A stretch of 64,000 bases of DNA from an uncultured Candidatus Saccharibacteria bacterium (GTDB taxonomy: Bacteria; Patescibacteriota; Minisyncoccia; Phycocordibacterales; UBA2100), in NCBI GenBank assembly GCA_964434285.1, contig CAYSUJ010000001.1, positions 104,703-168,702 on the forward strand, in the 5' to 3' direction. This document shows, piece after piece, positions 18,899 through 27,869 of this stretch. The notes under the pieces were generated by a model. That model was not told where the DNA came from. It did not search any database and saw nothing but the letters and a program-made list of their open reading frames with translations. Numbering within the stretch: the first letter of the stretch is position 1; each line of letters opens with the position of its first letter. Made by a program: the position numbers and the translations under genes.

Positions 18899-19338
18899 AA
18901 GTCATTCTCCTTCGTGACGTGCCGGGCGTTGGGCAGAAGGGAAGTGTGAAAGATGTTGCGGACGGTTACGCGTTAAACATGCTATTCCCCAAGAAATTAG
19001 CAGAGGCGGCTACCGTTGAAAAACTTGCTGCTCACACAAAAGCACAGGCGGATGCAAAAGCTGCGCACGCAGCCGAAGATGCTGAGGGACGTTCACTGGC
19101 CAAACGTGTGGAGGGCATGACGATCAATCTAAACGCACCCGGCAATGAACAGGGCCACCTGTATCAAAAAGTTTCAGTGGAAGAAATTGCCGCTATGCTC
19201 GCACTCCAAGCGGGCATCCGTGTTGAGGCAAAGAATCTCCATCCCAAAATGCCTATCAAACAATCCGGCGAGTGGCCGGTTGAATTAAGCGTTGGAGGAC
19301 ACCGTGCGACGTTTGTCGTCGCGGTGGTTGTTAGTTAG
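18895..19338 (+). CDS. rplI: 50S ribosomal protein L9
   Basis: [36 protein letters not shown]. Confidence 0.9.
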   Translation: MKVILLRDVPGVGQKGSVKDVADGYALNMLFPKKLAEAATVEKLAAHTKAQADAKAAHAAEDAEGRSLAKRVEGMTINLNAPGNEQGHLYQKVSVEEIAAMLALQAGIRVEAKNLHPKMPIKQSGEWPVELSVGGHRATFVVAVVVS

Positions 19339-19612
19339 CAGCAACTACTTCAACCTGAGAGCGAACAGACGTGCGACCATCAAAATCGCGCTTGCGCTTG
19401 GTGCTGAATTTCACGAGGCCAGCAACTCGGGCAAAAAGAGTATGATCTGAGCCGATGCCGATGTTGCGGCCAGCCATGATCTTCGTGCCGCGCTGACGCA
19501 CGATGATCTCGCCAATGCCAACCTTCGTGCCATCAGCGCGCTTCACGCCGAGGTACTTCGGATTTGAATCATTGAGGTTTTTTGCTGTTCCGCCTGCTTT
19601 TGTTGATGCCAT
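19331..19612 (-). CDS. rpmA: 50S ribosomal protein L27
   Basis: [44 protein letters not shown]. Confidence 0.9.
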   Translation of the reverse strand: MASTKAGGTAKNLNDSNPKYLGVKRADGTKVGIGEIIVRQRGTKIMAGRNIGIGSDHTLFARVAGLVKFSTKRKRDFDGRTSVRSQVEVVAAN

Positions 19613-19680
19613 ATGGGTAGGGTCTAGGTTTGTAGGGGATAGGGTCTCGGGATAGCCCAGAGACGCGATAGAATCCTCCT

Positions 19681-20049
19681 ATGCCAAACAGAATACAGGA
19701 ATTGTTGGGAAAGGTCAAATCTGGGTTGGGGGCCCTCCTTGAGGAGTGGGGGATTGTTCTCATCATCATTCTCGCAGCCTCAGGAAGCTTCTTTTTAGGC
19801 CGTATTTCAGCTCTAGAAGCCTCTAAGCCCCCCATAGGGGTAAGAATGGCTCCTGAGGCCTCAGAACCCCGAGGAATGCATGTTGGCGGTCTTATCGTGG
19901 CTTCCAAAACGGGGGAGGTCTATCATTACCCCTGGTGCCCAGGAGCCTCCCAGATGAAGAAGGAAAACCAGGTTTGGTTTGCCGATGAAGCTGCAGCTCG
20001 AAAGGCGGGGTACAAACCCTCCAAAAATTGCACAGGACTTGGAAACTAG
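19681..20049 (+). CDS. Membrane-anchored protein with C-terminal Ada metal-binding-like domain
   Basis: TM helix (IVLIIILAASGSFFLG). C-terminal YHYPWCPGASQMKKENQVWFADEAAARKAGYKPSKNC aligns with the Ada N-terminal Zn-binding motif (CPxx...KxENxxxFxxxxxAxxAGYRPCKxC). Confidence 0.5.
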   Translation: MPNRIQELLGKVKSGLGALLEEWGIVLIIILAASGSFFLGRISALEASKPPIGVRMAPEASEPRGMHVGGLIVASKTGEVYHYPWCPGASQMKKENQVWFADEAAARKAGYKPSKNCTGLGN

Positions 20050-20053
20050 TTTG

Positions 20054-20135
20054 TAGAACGTAGTTCGTAATACGTAGTGGAATTCAGTATGCATCGCTTT
20101 ACTACGTACTACGTTCTACGTACTATGTACTGACT
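20054..20135. repeat. Imperfect inverted repeat plus 7-nt tandem repeats ((A/T)CTACGT x4-5) ending 1 nt before the exonuclease ATG
   Basis: Left arm tagaacgtagttcgtaatacgtagt. Right arm actacgtactacgttctacgtactatgtactgactATG. Confidence 0.5.
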
Positions 20136-20735
20136 ATGCTTGTTATTGACGTTGAAGCCTCCGGGACAGAGGCACATAAGCACTCAATTGTTTCTCTGGG
20201 TGCGCTCGATTTGTTTAACCCGTCGAATCGCATCTACGAAGAATGTCGCGTGTGGGACGGGGCACACATAATGGATGAGGCGTTGAAGGTGAATGGATTC
20301 ACGAAAGAGCAGGTAACTGATCCGGGAAAGCAAAGCGAATCGGATCTTGTCCACCGATTTCTGGATTGGAGCAAGGATCTGAAAGACCGTACGCTCGCGG
20401 GGCAGAACGTTTCGTTTGATAGAGACTTTGTGAAGTATGCGTGCGAACGTGCGGGGCATACTGAATGGCCGTTTGCGTATCGCACGATCGATACACACAC
20501 GCTCTGCTGGGCGCACATGGTGAATAGAGGTATGCAACCACCAATCGATCCGAAACATCGCCGATCCTCACTCAACCTCGATGCAGTACTCAACTACTGC
20601 GGCATTCCCGAGGAGCCGGATCCGCACAATGCCCTCACTGGTGCACTCTCTCATGCAGAAGTGATCTCGCGCTTGCTCTACGGCCGCAAACTTCTCCCTG
20701 AGTTTGAGCACTACGATATACCGTGGCGCGCCTAA
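20136..20735 (+). CDS. DEDDh 3'-5' exonuclease (DnaQ/epsilon-like)
   Basis: Exo I VIDVEASG, Exo II FDRDFV, Exo III HNALTGALSHAEV. Confidence 0.7.
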   Translation: MLVIDVEASGTEAHKHSIVSLGALDLFNPSNRIYEECRVWDGAHIMDEALKVNGFTKEQVTDPGKQSESDLVHRFLDWSKDLKDRTLAGQNVSFDRDFVKYACERAGHTEWPFAYRTIDTHTLCWAHMVNRGMQPPIDPKHRRSSLNLDAVLNYCGIPEEPDPHNALTGALSHAEVISRLLYGRKLLPEFEHYDIPWRA

Positions 20736-20754
20736 ATAGAGAGGGGTATAGTGG

Positions 20755-21510
20755 TTGCATATGAACATCTTCGCCGCCCTTTTGTGGCTCTTTATTGGCG
20801 CCAGTGTTTTAGCTGCGGTTATTCGTCAGGTCAACCAATACGAGAAAGGGGTATTTTTTACTATCGGTAAATTTACGGGCATTAAGGAACCGGGGTGGAG
20901 AATCGTCATTCCGATTTTTCAATCGATGCGCAAAGTGGACATGCGCACGAAGGCGGTCGACGTTCCTGAGCAGAAAGCGATTACGAAAGACAATATCGCG
21001 GTTGGGGTGAATGCGGTAATTTATTATCGCGTCGCGGATGCTGCAAAAGCGATCCTTGAAGTCGAGGATTTTATTTACGCGATGTCCCAGCTCGCACAAA
21101 CGACGATGCGCAACGCAGTGGGCGAAGTTGAGCTTGATGAGCTTCTTTCAAGTCGCGATAAGATTTCGGAACGCATCCGCACAGTCGTCGATGTTGCGTC
21201 AGATCCGTGGGGCATCAAAGTGATGAATGTGGAGCTGAAAGATATCGCCCTTCCACAAGATATGGAGCGCACCATTGCAAAACAAGCGGAAGCCGAGCGC
21301 GAAAAGCGTGCCGTTATCATCCGTGCTGAAGGAGAAGTTGTTGCGGCGGAGAATATGGCAAAGGCAGCAGAGACTCTTGCAAACGCACCGGGTGCTCTTC
21401 ACCTCCGCACACTACAAAGCATCAATGACATATCGAGCGATCAGAGCAACACAATAGTCTTTGCAGTCCCTCTCGAAGTGCTTCGTGCGTTAGAAAAAAT
21501 TAAGAACTAA
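20755..21510 (+). CDS. SPFH/Band 7 (stomatin/prohibitin-like) membrane protein
   Basis: N-terminal TM plus SPFH core (KVDMRTKAVDVPEQKAITKDNIAVGVNAVIYYRV...) and coiled-coil tail. Confidence 0.85.
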   Translation: MHMNIFAALLWLFIGASVLAAVIRQVNQYEKGVFFTIGKFTGIKEPGWRIVIPIFQSMRKVDMRTKAVDVPEQKAITKDNIAVGVNAVIYYRVADAAKAILEVEDFIYAMSQLAQTTMRNAVGEVELDELLSSRDKISERIRTVVDVASDPWGIKVMNVELKDIALPQDMERTIAKQAEAEREKRAVIIRAEGEVVAAENMAKAAETLANAPGALHLRTLQSINDISSDQSNTIVFAVPLEVLRALEKIKN

Positions 21511-21515
21511 AAACT

Positions 21516-22025
21516 ATGATGCGCATTCTCAAATATGTGGGCATGCGCATTTCCCTTTTCAGCATGCGTTTTTTGCACGCAGCGCGCTTGGTAATTCGAA
21601 AAGTTGTGCGTGGGGGAGGTGAGAGTCACAATGTCCGCATCATGCTTCTTCGCGATGGGCGTGTCCTTCTCGTTCGACACGCTTACGCCCCTTGGGTGTG
21701 GACGCTTCCCGGAGGTACTGTAGAAAAAAATGAATCTGATGAGGATGCTGCGAAACGTGAAGCGCGAGAAGAAACCGGTTTCGAAGTAATCGCGCTTGAT
21801 GGAGAGGTTGGAATCTATAAACGCCGGATCTATGGAATGGGGGATAGGGTACGCGTGTTTTTTACCGAACACTTTGAAGGCACCATGGATCTCCTCCCTG
21901 GTCCGGAAATTTTACAGCGGGGAAGTTTTCACATGAATGATTTGCCGGAAACTATTTCGCCAAAAACAAAAAGAATCATCGAGGCCTACGGGCGCGGCGT
22001 GCGAGGGGAGGTGGGAGTGTGGTGA
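21516..22025 (+). CDS. NUDIX hydrolase
   Basis: Nudix box GGTVEKNESDEDAAKREAREETGFEV. Confidence 0.8.
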   Translation: MMRILKYVGMRISLFSMRFLHAARLVIRKVVRGGGESHNVRIMLLRDGRVLLVRHAYAPWVWTLPGGTVEKNESDEDAAKREAREETGFEVIALDGEVGIYKRRIYGMGDRVRVFFTEHFEGTMDLLPGPEILQRGSFHMNDLPETISPKTKRIIEAYGRGVRGEVGVW

Positions 22026-22044
22026 GGTTCTGTATTTTCCTTGC

Positions 22045-22190
22045 TGTGGATAAGAGAGCCCGGGTTCCCGAGAGCATCACTTCGCACAATATATCTTTTG
22101 CGAAGTATACTTAGGGCTTTCGCCCTACATATACTTACGCAAAAGATTGGCAACATTGTGCGAACCCTTGGCTCGCACAATGTTGCCCTC
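22045..22190. repeat. Cluster of three hairpins plus a consensus DnaA box in a 200-nt non-coding gap
   Basis: TGTGGATAA at 22045-22053. CTTCGCA/TGCGAAG hairpin. TAGGGC/GCCCTA hairpin flanked by 8-nt direct repeat TATACTTA. 15-bp perfect stem GGCAACATTGTGCGA/TCGCACAATGTTGCC. Confidence 0.5.
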
Positions 22191-22231
22191 GCGTAGCGAA
22201 CCTTTCTCACCTCCCACGTCTTATTTCTCAC

Positions 22232-22879
22232 TTGTATACTTCCCCCATGCTTTCCGCCGAGATTCGCTCGCTTCTGATGCCTGATGAGCGCCGCATCTTT
22301 TCCAAACTTGACTCCCCTGCCAAAATCCAAAATTTTCTGGAATCGATTCCAGTCAATTACGAGCATGGTGGCGAGACCAATTATTCACCTCGGAATGTTG
22401 TAAGACACAAAACAGCCCATTGTTTTGAAGGAGCGGTATTTGCAGCAGCCGTTTTGGCCTACCACGGCAAGAAACCGCTCCTCATGGATTTTGCGACCGC
22501 GTACAATGATGAAGATCACTGCGTCGCGCTTTTCAAAGAAAAAAATCGTTGGGGCGCGATATCTAAAACAAATCACACGGTTCTGCGCTACCGAGATCCC
22601 GTCTACGAATCGCCCCGTGAACTCGCGATGAGCTACTTTCATGAATACTTTTTGCACGACGGTCGCAAATCGCTCCGTGGTTTTTCGAAGCCGTTTGATC
22701 TATCTCGCTTCAGACCTGAGCGTTGGATAACGTCAGATAAGCCACTGGAGTGGCTTCTCACCGCAATTGCGAAAACGCACTATTATTCCATTGCGCAAGA
22801 TGTGACGCTCCGCCGTTTGCGTAACGCAACAAAGATAGAAATCAAATCACTCGATATTCTTGAGTGGCCGAAATCCTAG
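22232..22879 (+). CDS. Hypothetical protein with a possible papain/transglutaminase-like Cys-His core
   Basis: AHCFEGAVFAAAVL then DEDHCVALFKEKNRWG gives a Cys...His...Asn/Trp order like a papain-fold peptidase. Tentative. Confidence 0.3.
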   Translation: MYTSPMLSAEIRSLLMPDERRIFSKLDSPAKIQNFLESIPVNYEHGGETNYSPRNVVRHKTAHCFEGAVFAAAVLAYHGKKPLLMDFATAYNDEDHCVALFKEKNRWGAISKTNHTVLRYRDPVYESPRELAMSYFHEYFLHDGRKSLRGFSKPFDLSRFRPERWITSDKPLEWLLTAIAKTHYYSIAQDVTLRRLRNATKIEIKSLDILEWPKS

Positions 22880-24129
22880 AGATAATCAAGCGGATTCAAA
22901 TAGCCGTTTGCTGCGGAGACCGGAATAATCGCATTGTTGCAGCCTTTGCCTGAACCAAGTTTGCGGATTTGGACCGCGTCTGAAGCGAAAAGCGAAAGGT
23001 GCAGATGTGGGCCGGTTGCGTAGCCGGTAAAGCCCGAATAGCCGATGACCTGGCTCGTCTTCACAGCGTCGCCCTCCGAGACGTTTATCTCTGAGAGGTG
23101 TGCATACAGTGTTGAGAGCCCGTTTCCGTGCTTCACGAGGACCCATTTGCCATACGAGTAGCAGCCAGGTATCGCATCAGTGTTGCCTGTGCCTTGCACC
23201 GTGCCCGCGAGGGCGCTTTTGATTGGTGTTCCGATCGATGCGCCGAAATCTACACCGTTGTGCGTTCCGGAGACATAGAGACGCCCGGAATCGGCCGTAC
23301 GCCCGAACTGTTGTGTAATGCGTACATTATCCAAGGGCCAACGAAGGATCCCTTTGCCTGCCGCAGGAAGTCGCGAGGGGTCGAGTGTGTATTGCAGTTT
23401 CGATTCGAGATCGCTCATGGCAGCTTCGAAAGATGCGCGCGCCGCGCGCTTATCGGCGAGTAGCTTTTGGTAGCTGGCCTCTTCGCTTTTCGTCCGTGTG
23501 AGTAGATTTTGCTGCTCTTTCTTTTGCACTCCGAGCGATTGTTCCTCGGCAGCGAGATCTTCTTTTTGGGTGACCAAGAGCTCACGCTTCTCGTGAGCCT
23601 CGTCGCGATCTTCCGCGAGCAGATTCTTCGCCTCTTCGAGCGTATCGACATGCACGCGCATTGAATCCTGCACCGATCGTACGATTTCCGTGTCGTTCCA
23701 GAATTCACCGAGATTCCTCGAGCCGAGTACCATTTCAACAAGGCTATAGTCTTCCGACTCTTGCAGTTTGCGGATGGAACTCGCTATGGCGGCCGATTCA
23801 ATTTGTATCACCTGCTCCTTGCTGAGGATTTCTCCCGTAAGCTCTTGTATCTCGAGCTCGGTTGTTCCTATCTGACCCTGTTTCGCTCGCACTTGAGCCT
23901 GCGTCTTTTTCACCGATACATCAAGCGAGTTTACAGCCGTCTGAAGCGTCTGCTTCTTCCCGCCAATTTGCACGAGCTCAGCCTCGTAGGTAGCTATTTC
24001 CTTGTTGATGGCATCAATCTTTCCGCGTTGTTCCTCGATGCTTTTTCGCAGATCATCGGCAGATTGTGCCTTGAGAAGGACTGGGCACACGAAAAGGACG
24101 CACAATGCTGCGAGAACCGATAACCTCAT
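22876..24129 (-). CDS. M23 family metallopeptidase with N-terminal signal peptide and long coiled-coil (EnvC-like)
   Basis: C-terminal GTHNGVDFGASIGTPIKSALAGTV...GPHLHLSLF (HxxxD / HxH). Start ATG overlaps the gltX stop (ATGA). Confidence 0.8.
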   Translation of the reverse strand: MRLSVLAALCVLFVCPVLLKAQSADDLRKSIEEQRGKIDAINKEIATYEAELVQIGGKKQTLQTAVNSLDVSVKKTQAQVRAKQGQIGTTELEIQELTGEILSKEQVIQIESAAIASSIRKLQESEDYSLVEMVLGSRNLGEFWNDTEIVRSVQDSMRVHVDTLEEAKNLLAEDRDEAHEKRELLVTQKEDLAAEEQSLGVQKKEQQNLLTRTKSEEASYQKLLADKRAARASFEAAMSDLESKLQYTLDPSRLPAAGKGILRWPLDNVRITQQFGRTADSGRLYVSGTHNGVDFGASIGTPIKSALAGTVQGTGNTDAIPGCYSYGKWVLVKHGNGLSTLYAHLSEINVSEGDAVKTSQVIGYSGFTGYATGPHLHLSLFASDAVQIRKLGSGKGCNNAIIPVSAANGYLNPLDYL

Positions 24130-25463
24130 TCTTTGAGTATACCGCATGCCGTTTGTATACGAGAGAGCGTCTCTTCCTTGCCAAGCACCCCCGCGAGCGT
24201 GAAGGGATCGGGGGACTTGTCCTTCCCTGAAAGGGCGTAGCGTAGAGGCCAAAGAACTGCGCCGCGACCTACCTCTTCCGCGTAGCCCCAGAGGGCGTTT
24301 TTGACCGAATCTGCACCCCATTCTGCGAGTTTCTCGAGGCGTTCGTGGGTCTCGATGAGGTTTTTGAGGGCTGTCGCTGCATCGCTTTTCTTGTCAGGGA
24401 TGCGCGATTTATCCAATTGGGGAGCTTTAAAGTAGTAATCAAACTCCCCTGCACTCGCGAGCTCGGCGATATCACCCCAGAGCGATATACGCTCGCGAAT
24501 AATGGGCAGAAGCGCGTTCGCACGCTCCTCGCTCCAGGAGACGCGAGAAGCAAGAGATTCTTTCAGACGCCTCAATGCCTCTATATCAAAATCATGCGTA
24601 GAGAGTGTAAGGAGGTATTCTCGATTAAACCAGCGAAGTTTTTCCTCGTTGAAAATAGCACCACTCTTATGCACGCGCGAAAGATCGAAGTGATTAATAA
24701 GTTCCTCCATAGAAAAAAGCTCCCTATCCCCTTCCCCCGCGCTCCATCCGAGAAGCGCCAAGAAGTTATTCATGGCTTCCGGCAGATATCCCTTTTCTCG
24801 GTAATCTTTAACCGCCGTTTTGTGTTTACGCTTCGACATTTTTGATCTATCGGGCATGAGGATAAGGGGAATATGTCCGTAGACAGGGCGAGGCAAATTG
24901 AGTGCTTCTTGGATAAGAATCTGGCGCGGTGTATTTGAAATATGTTCTTCGCCACGGATCACATGTGTGATACCCGCTGCGCCATCATCCGCGACGACTG
25001 CAAAATGATAGAGAGGGTCGGTGACTGAGCGTGCGATAACAAAATCTTTGAGTTCGGTCGTGTCAAAAGATATGGGGCCGCGAACAGCGTCATCAAACGT
25101 GATTGTTTTGCCTGGATTCCTCAGGCGGACAACTTCGACGATGCGCCCGGAGCCGTCTTTCGCTTCCTCCTTGGACACGTACGCACGATCCGTATCAACG
25201 AGATTCTGTAAAAGCCTCGTATGCTCTGCGAGGTGTTCCGATTGCACGTATTTTTCGCTGTACTCATATCCGAGCCATGCCATTTGCGCATAAATATCCT
25301 CTTCGGATTCTTTCGTATTTCTCTCTTTATCAGTATCTTCAATGCGTAAAATGAACTGGCCACCATGCCGCTTGGCAAACAAGTAATTGAAAAGTGCGGT
25401 GCGTGCGGTACCGATATGAAAGAATCCTGTTGGCGACGGAGCTATGCGCGTGCGGATGGTCAT
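24126..25463 (-). CDS. gltX: Glutamyl-tRNA synthetase
   Basis: SPTGFFHIGTARTALFNY (HIGH) and KMSKRKHK motifs. Confidence 0.92.
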   Translation of the reverse strand: MTIRTRIAPSPTGFFHIGTARTALFNYLFAKRHGGQFILRIEDTDKERNTKESEEDIYAQMAWLGYEYSEKYVQSEHLAEHTRLLQNLVDTDRAYVSKEEAKDGSGRIVEVVRLRNPGKTITFDDAVRGPISFDTTELKDFVIARSVTDPLYHFAVVADDGAAGITHVIRGEEHISNTPRQILIQEALNLPRPVYGHIPLILMPDRSKMSKRKHKTAVKDYREKGYLPEAMNNFLALLGWSAGEGDRELFSMEELINHFDLSRVHKSGAIFNEEKLRWFNREYLLTLSTHDFDIEALRRLKESLASRVSWSEERANALLPIIRERISLWGDIAELASAGEFDYYFKAPQLDKSRIPDKKSDAATALKNLIETHERLEKLAEWGADSVKNALWGYAEEVGRGAVLWPLRYALSGKDKSPDPFTLAGVLGKEETLSRIQTACGILKE

Positions 25464-26605
25464 ACCGCAGGTTCGTGCGAAATGCCCGTCTCGAGAATAA
25501 CTTCTGCTATTTTCCTTCCGGCACCCGGACGTGCAAACGCGAGCGCGGCTTCACGCATGCGGTTTCGTGTCGGCTCGTCCGTCATAAGGCGCTCGATTTC
25601 AGCAAGTAGCAGGTGCTGCGTGAGATTTTTTTGCTCAACAACGAGAGCAGCTCCTGAGCGTGCGTATGAGTAGGCGTTCTCGGTTTGATCGTGGGAGACA
25701 TCTTCGGGAATCGGAACGAGAATGGCAGGAATTCCCCATGAAGAAATTTCAAAAATCGTACCGCTCCCAGCGCGCGCAAGGACGAGTGAAGAAATGCCCG
25801 CAGACATCTTGAGGGCAAGCGCGTTCAGTAGACCAAATACGCGGTAACGCTCAGCGTGCACGCTGTCTTTCAGTATCACACCGGACAAGCCTGTAATGTC
25901 ATTGAGATTTGCACTACCAGCTTGATGGACAATGTTGTAGTTGCTTACGAGCGCTGGCAGCGCATCCATGAGCACGTTATTGATCGTTTGCGCACCTTGG
26001 GATCCGCCGAGAATGAGAATGGTGGGAACCGCCGGATCCAATTTCAGGAACTCATGACCACCCTCTGGAGATGGGTGTTCGATCTCGGTCCGAATAGGAT
26101 GACCTGTGCGCGCAATTTTCTTACGTGTTTTCTCTGGAAATGCATTCGCTGCATCAGGATGAGCAACCGCAATCCACTTAGCGAAGCTCGATGCCCAGAG
26201 AGAAACCCTCCCCGGCGTTGCGTCTGCGTCGTAAATAATGACGGGGATGCCAAGAAGGCGTGCCGCAGCAAGTGTGGGAAATGCCGCGTACCCTCCGGTT
26301 GAAAAAATAACATCCGGAAAAAGTGAAAAAAGTTTAAAAAAACTTTTCATGACTCCCGACCAGGCACGAAGCATGTTTAATGGGCTTGGGACGCGAGAGT
26401 CCCGGGGCACTTTCCCTGCCGACGCCTTGATGTATTCAATGTCGTGTTCAGCAAGTGCGCGAGGATCAAACGGCTCAGGACCAATGTAAAAGTATTGCGG
26501 CTCGATGAGGCGGCGCTCCGTGCATATTTCTTCAATAGCCTGCACAACGGCAATGAGCGGATAGAAATGTCCGCCTGTTCCGCCCCCTGTGAGTACTACC
26601 TTCAT
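25460..26605 (-). CDS. murG: UDP-GlcNAc:undecaprenyl-PP-MurNAc-pentapeptide GlcNAc transferase
   Basis: MKVVLTGGGTGGHFYPLIAV... glycosyltransferase family 28. Confidence 0.9.
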   Translation of the reverse strand: MKVVLTGGGTGGHFYPLIAVVQAIEEICTERRLIEPQYFYIGPEPFDPRALAEHDIEYIKASAGKVPRDSRVPSPLNMLRAWSGVMKSFFKLFSLFPDVIFSTGGYAAFPTLAAARLLGIPVIIYDADATPGRVSLWASSFAKWIAVAHPDAANAFPEKTRKKIARTGHPIRTEIEHPSPEGGHEFLKLDPAVPTILILGGSQGAQTINNVLMDALPALVSNYNIVHQAGSANLNDITGLSGVILKDSVHAERYRVFGLLNALALKMSAGISSLVLARAGSGTIFEISSWGIPAILVPIPEDVSHDQTENAYSYARSGAALVVEQKNLTQHLLLAEIERLMTDEPTRNRMREAALAFARPGAGRKIAEVILETGISHEPAV

Positions 26606-26639
26606 GTCGAGATATTGTAGCCTTGTAAGACCGTAAGTG

Positions 26640-27755
26640 CTAGGCGCTTTTGCGCACGTGGCGAGAGATGTTTAAAAGTAACCCGGCAGACGCAAGTGAG
26701 ACGAGCATGGCGCTTCCGCCCTGGCTGATAAAAGTCAGCGGAATTCCCGTGAGCGGCATGAGGCCAAGCATGGCGGCAATATTGATAAAGGCTTCGCCAA
26801 CGAGATATGTGGAAATGCCCACCGCGAGAAGTGCCCCGAAAAGATCTGGTGAGCGGGCGGCGATGCTATAGCCGCGCACGGCAAAAAGGAGGAATAGTGC
26901 CACAACAAACACGGCGCCCACAAAACCAAGCTCTTCCGCAATAACCGCAAAAATCGAGTCACCCATCGGCTCGGGAAGATACGTAAACTTCTGCAGGCTT
27001 TGTCCGAGTCCCACGCCTGTCGCCCCCCCTGCCCCGATCGCAATGAGGGATTGCTTTACTTGAAAGAGATCCCCGCGCTCGTCTTGTTGGTGAGGAAAAA
27101 GAAAGGTCTCAATGCGTTGATATACATACGCATAGCGTGGGGTGAAGGAAAGAATAACGAGTGTTGTTACACCAAGAAGCGCAAGAAGAGCAATGTAGCG
27201 AAAACGAAGACCCGCCGCGATCGCGACGGAAAAAATCGAAAAGATGACAATGCCGAGCGTGCCGAAGTCAGGCTGCATCGCGAGCAAGAGCCCCGGAGCG
27301 GCGATGAGGGCAAGAAACGCTGCAACACCCTTCCAGTCCTGAGCGTCGTCGCGCAGAAGTGCAAATACGCTTGCGGCCATGATAACGCCGGCAAGCTTCA
27401 AAAATTCTGAGGGCTGAACGGTAGTAATGCCGAGATCAAGCCAGCGCCGTCCTCCTCCATGCTCGAATCCAAGGCCGGGCACAAAAACGAGCGCTGTGCC
27501 GATGAGGCCGAGAGCATAAATGTACGGCGCATAGGTGCGCCAGATTTTATAATCGACAAAGTACATCACTAGTGCCCCGACGAGCCCGAGGCCAACCCCG
27601 AGCGCGAGGTGGCTAAACATGACCGATGAAATGTGCGAGCCGCCGCGAGCAAGAAGTCCAACTGCGGCCGACGAAAACATGAGAGCTCCACCTAAGACGA
27701 GGGCGCCGAGGAGTCCGATCAAAATAGCGTCTGCCCTACCAAGAGAGAGTCGCAT
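26640..27755 (-). CDS. ftsW: SEDS family peptidoglycan polymerase FtsW/RodA
   Basis: 10-TM SEDS fold. Conserved C-terminal LTGIPLTFISQGGSAMLVSLASAGLLLNISR. ATG chosen at 27753-27755 (MRLSLGRADAILIGL). The ORF-track start uses an upstream GTG. Confidence 0.85.
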   Translation of the reverse strand: MRLSLGRADAILIGLLGALVLGGALMFSSAAVGLLARGGSHISSVMFSHLALGVGLGLVGALVMYFVDYKIWRTYAPYIYALGLIGTALVFVPGLGFEHGGGRRWLDLGITTVQPSEFLKLAGVIMAASVFALLRDDAQDWKGVAAFLALIAAPGLLLAMQPDFGTLGIVIFSIFSVAIAAGLRFRYIALLALLGVTTLVILSFTPRYAYVYQRIETFLFPHQQDERGDLFQVKQSLIAIGAGGATGVGLGQSLQKFTYLPEPMGDSIFAVIAEELGFVGAVFVVALFLLFAVRGYSIAARSPDLFGALLAVGISTYLVGEAFINIAAMLGLMPLTGIPLTFISQGGSAMLVSLASAGLLLNISRHVRKSA

Positions 27756-27869
27756 ACCCCTACACCAATACAGACATCGCACCTACGCTGCGAGTCCGTA
27801 TATTACTTTGTAATGAGGCTCTTTCACGTGCTGTTTGAAAGCAGTGTGTGTATTGGTGTAGGGGCATAC
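27753..27869 (-). promoter_or_regulatory. 16-bp perfect inverted repeat (CCCCTACACCAATACA / TGTATTGGTGTAGGGG) bracketing the mraY-ftsW intergenic region
   Basis: Left arm 27757-27772 sits 1 nt from the ftsW start codon (27753-27755) and contains its GGGG/GGUG SD. Right arm 27849-27864 abuts the mraY stop (27869-27871). Confidence 0.6.
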
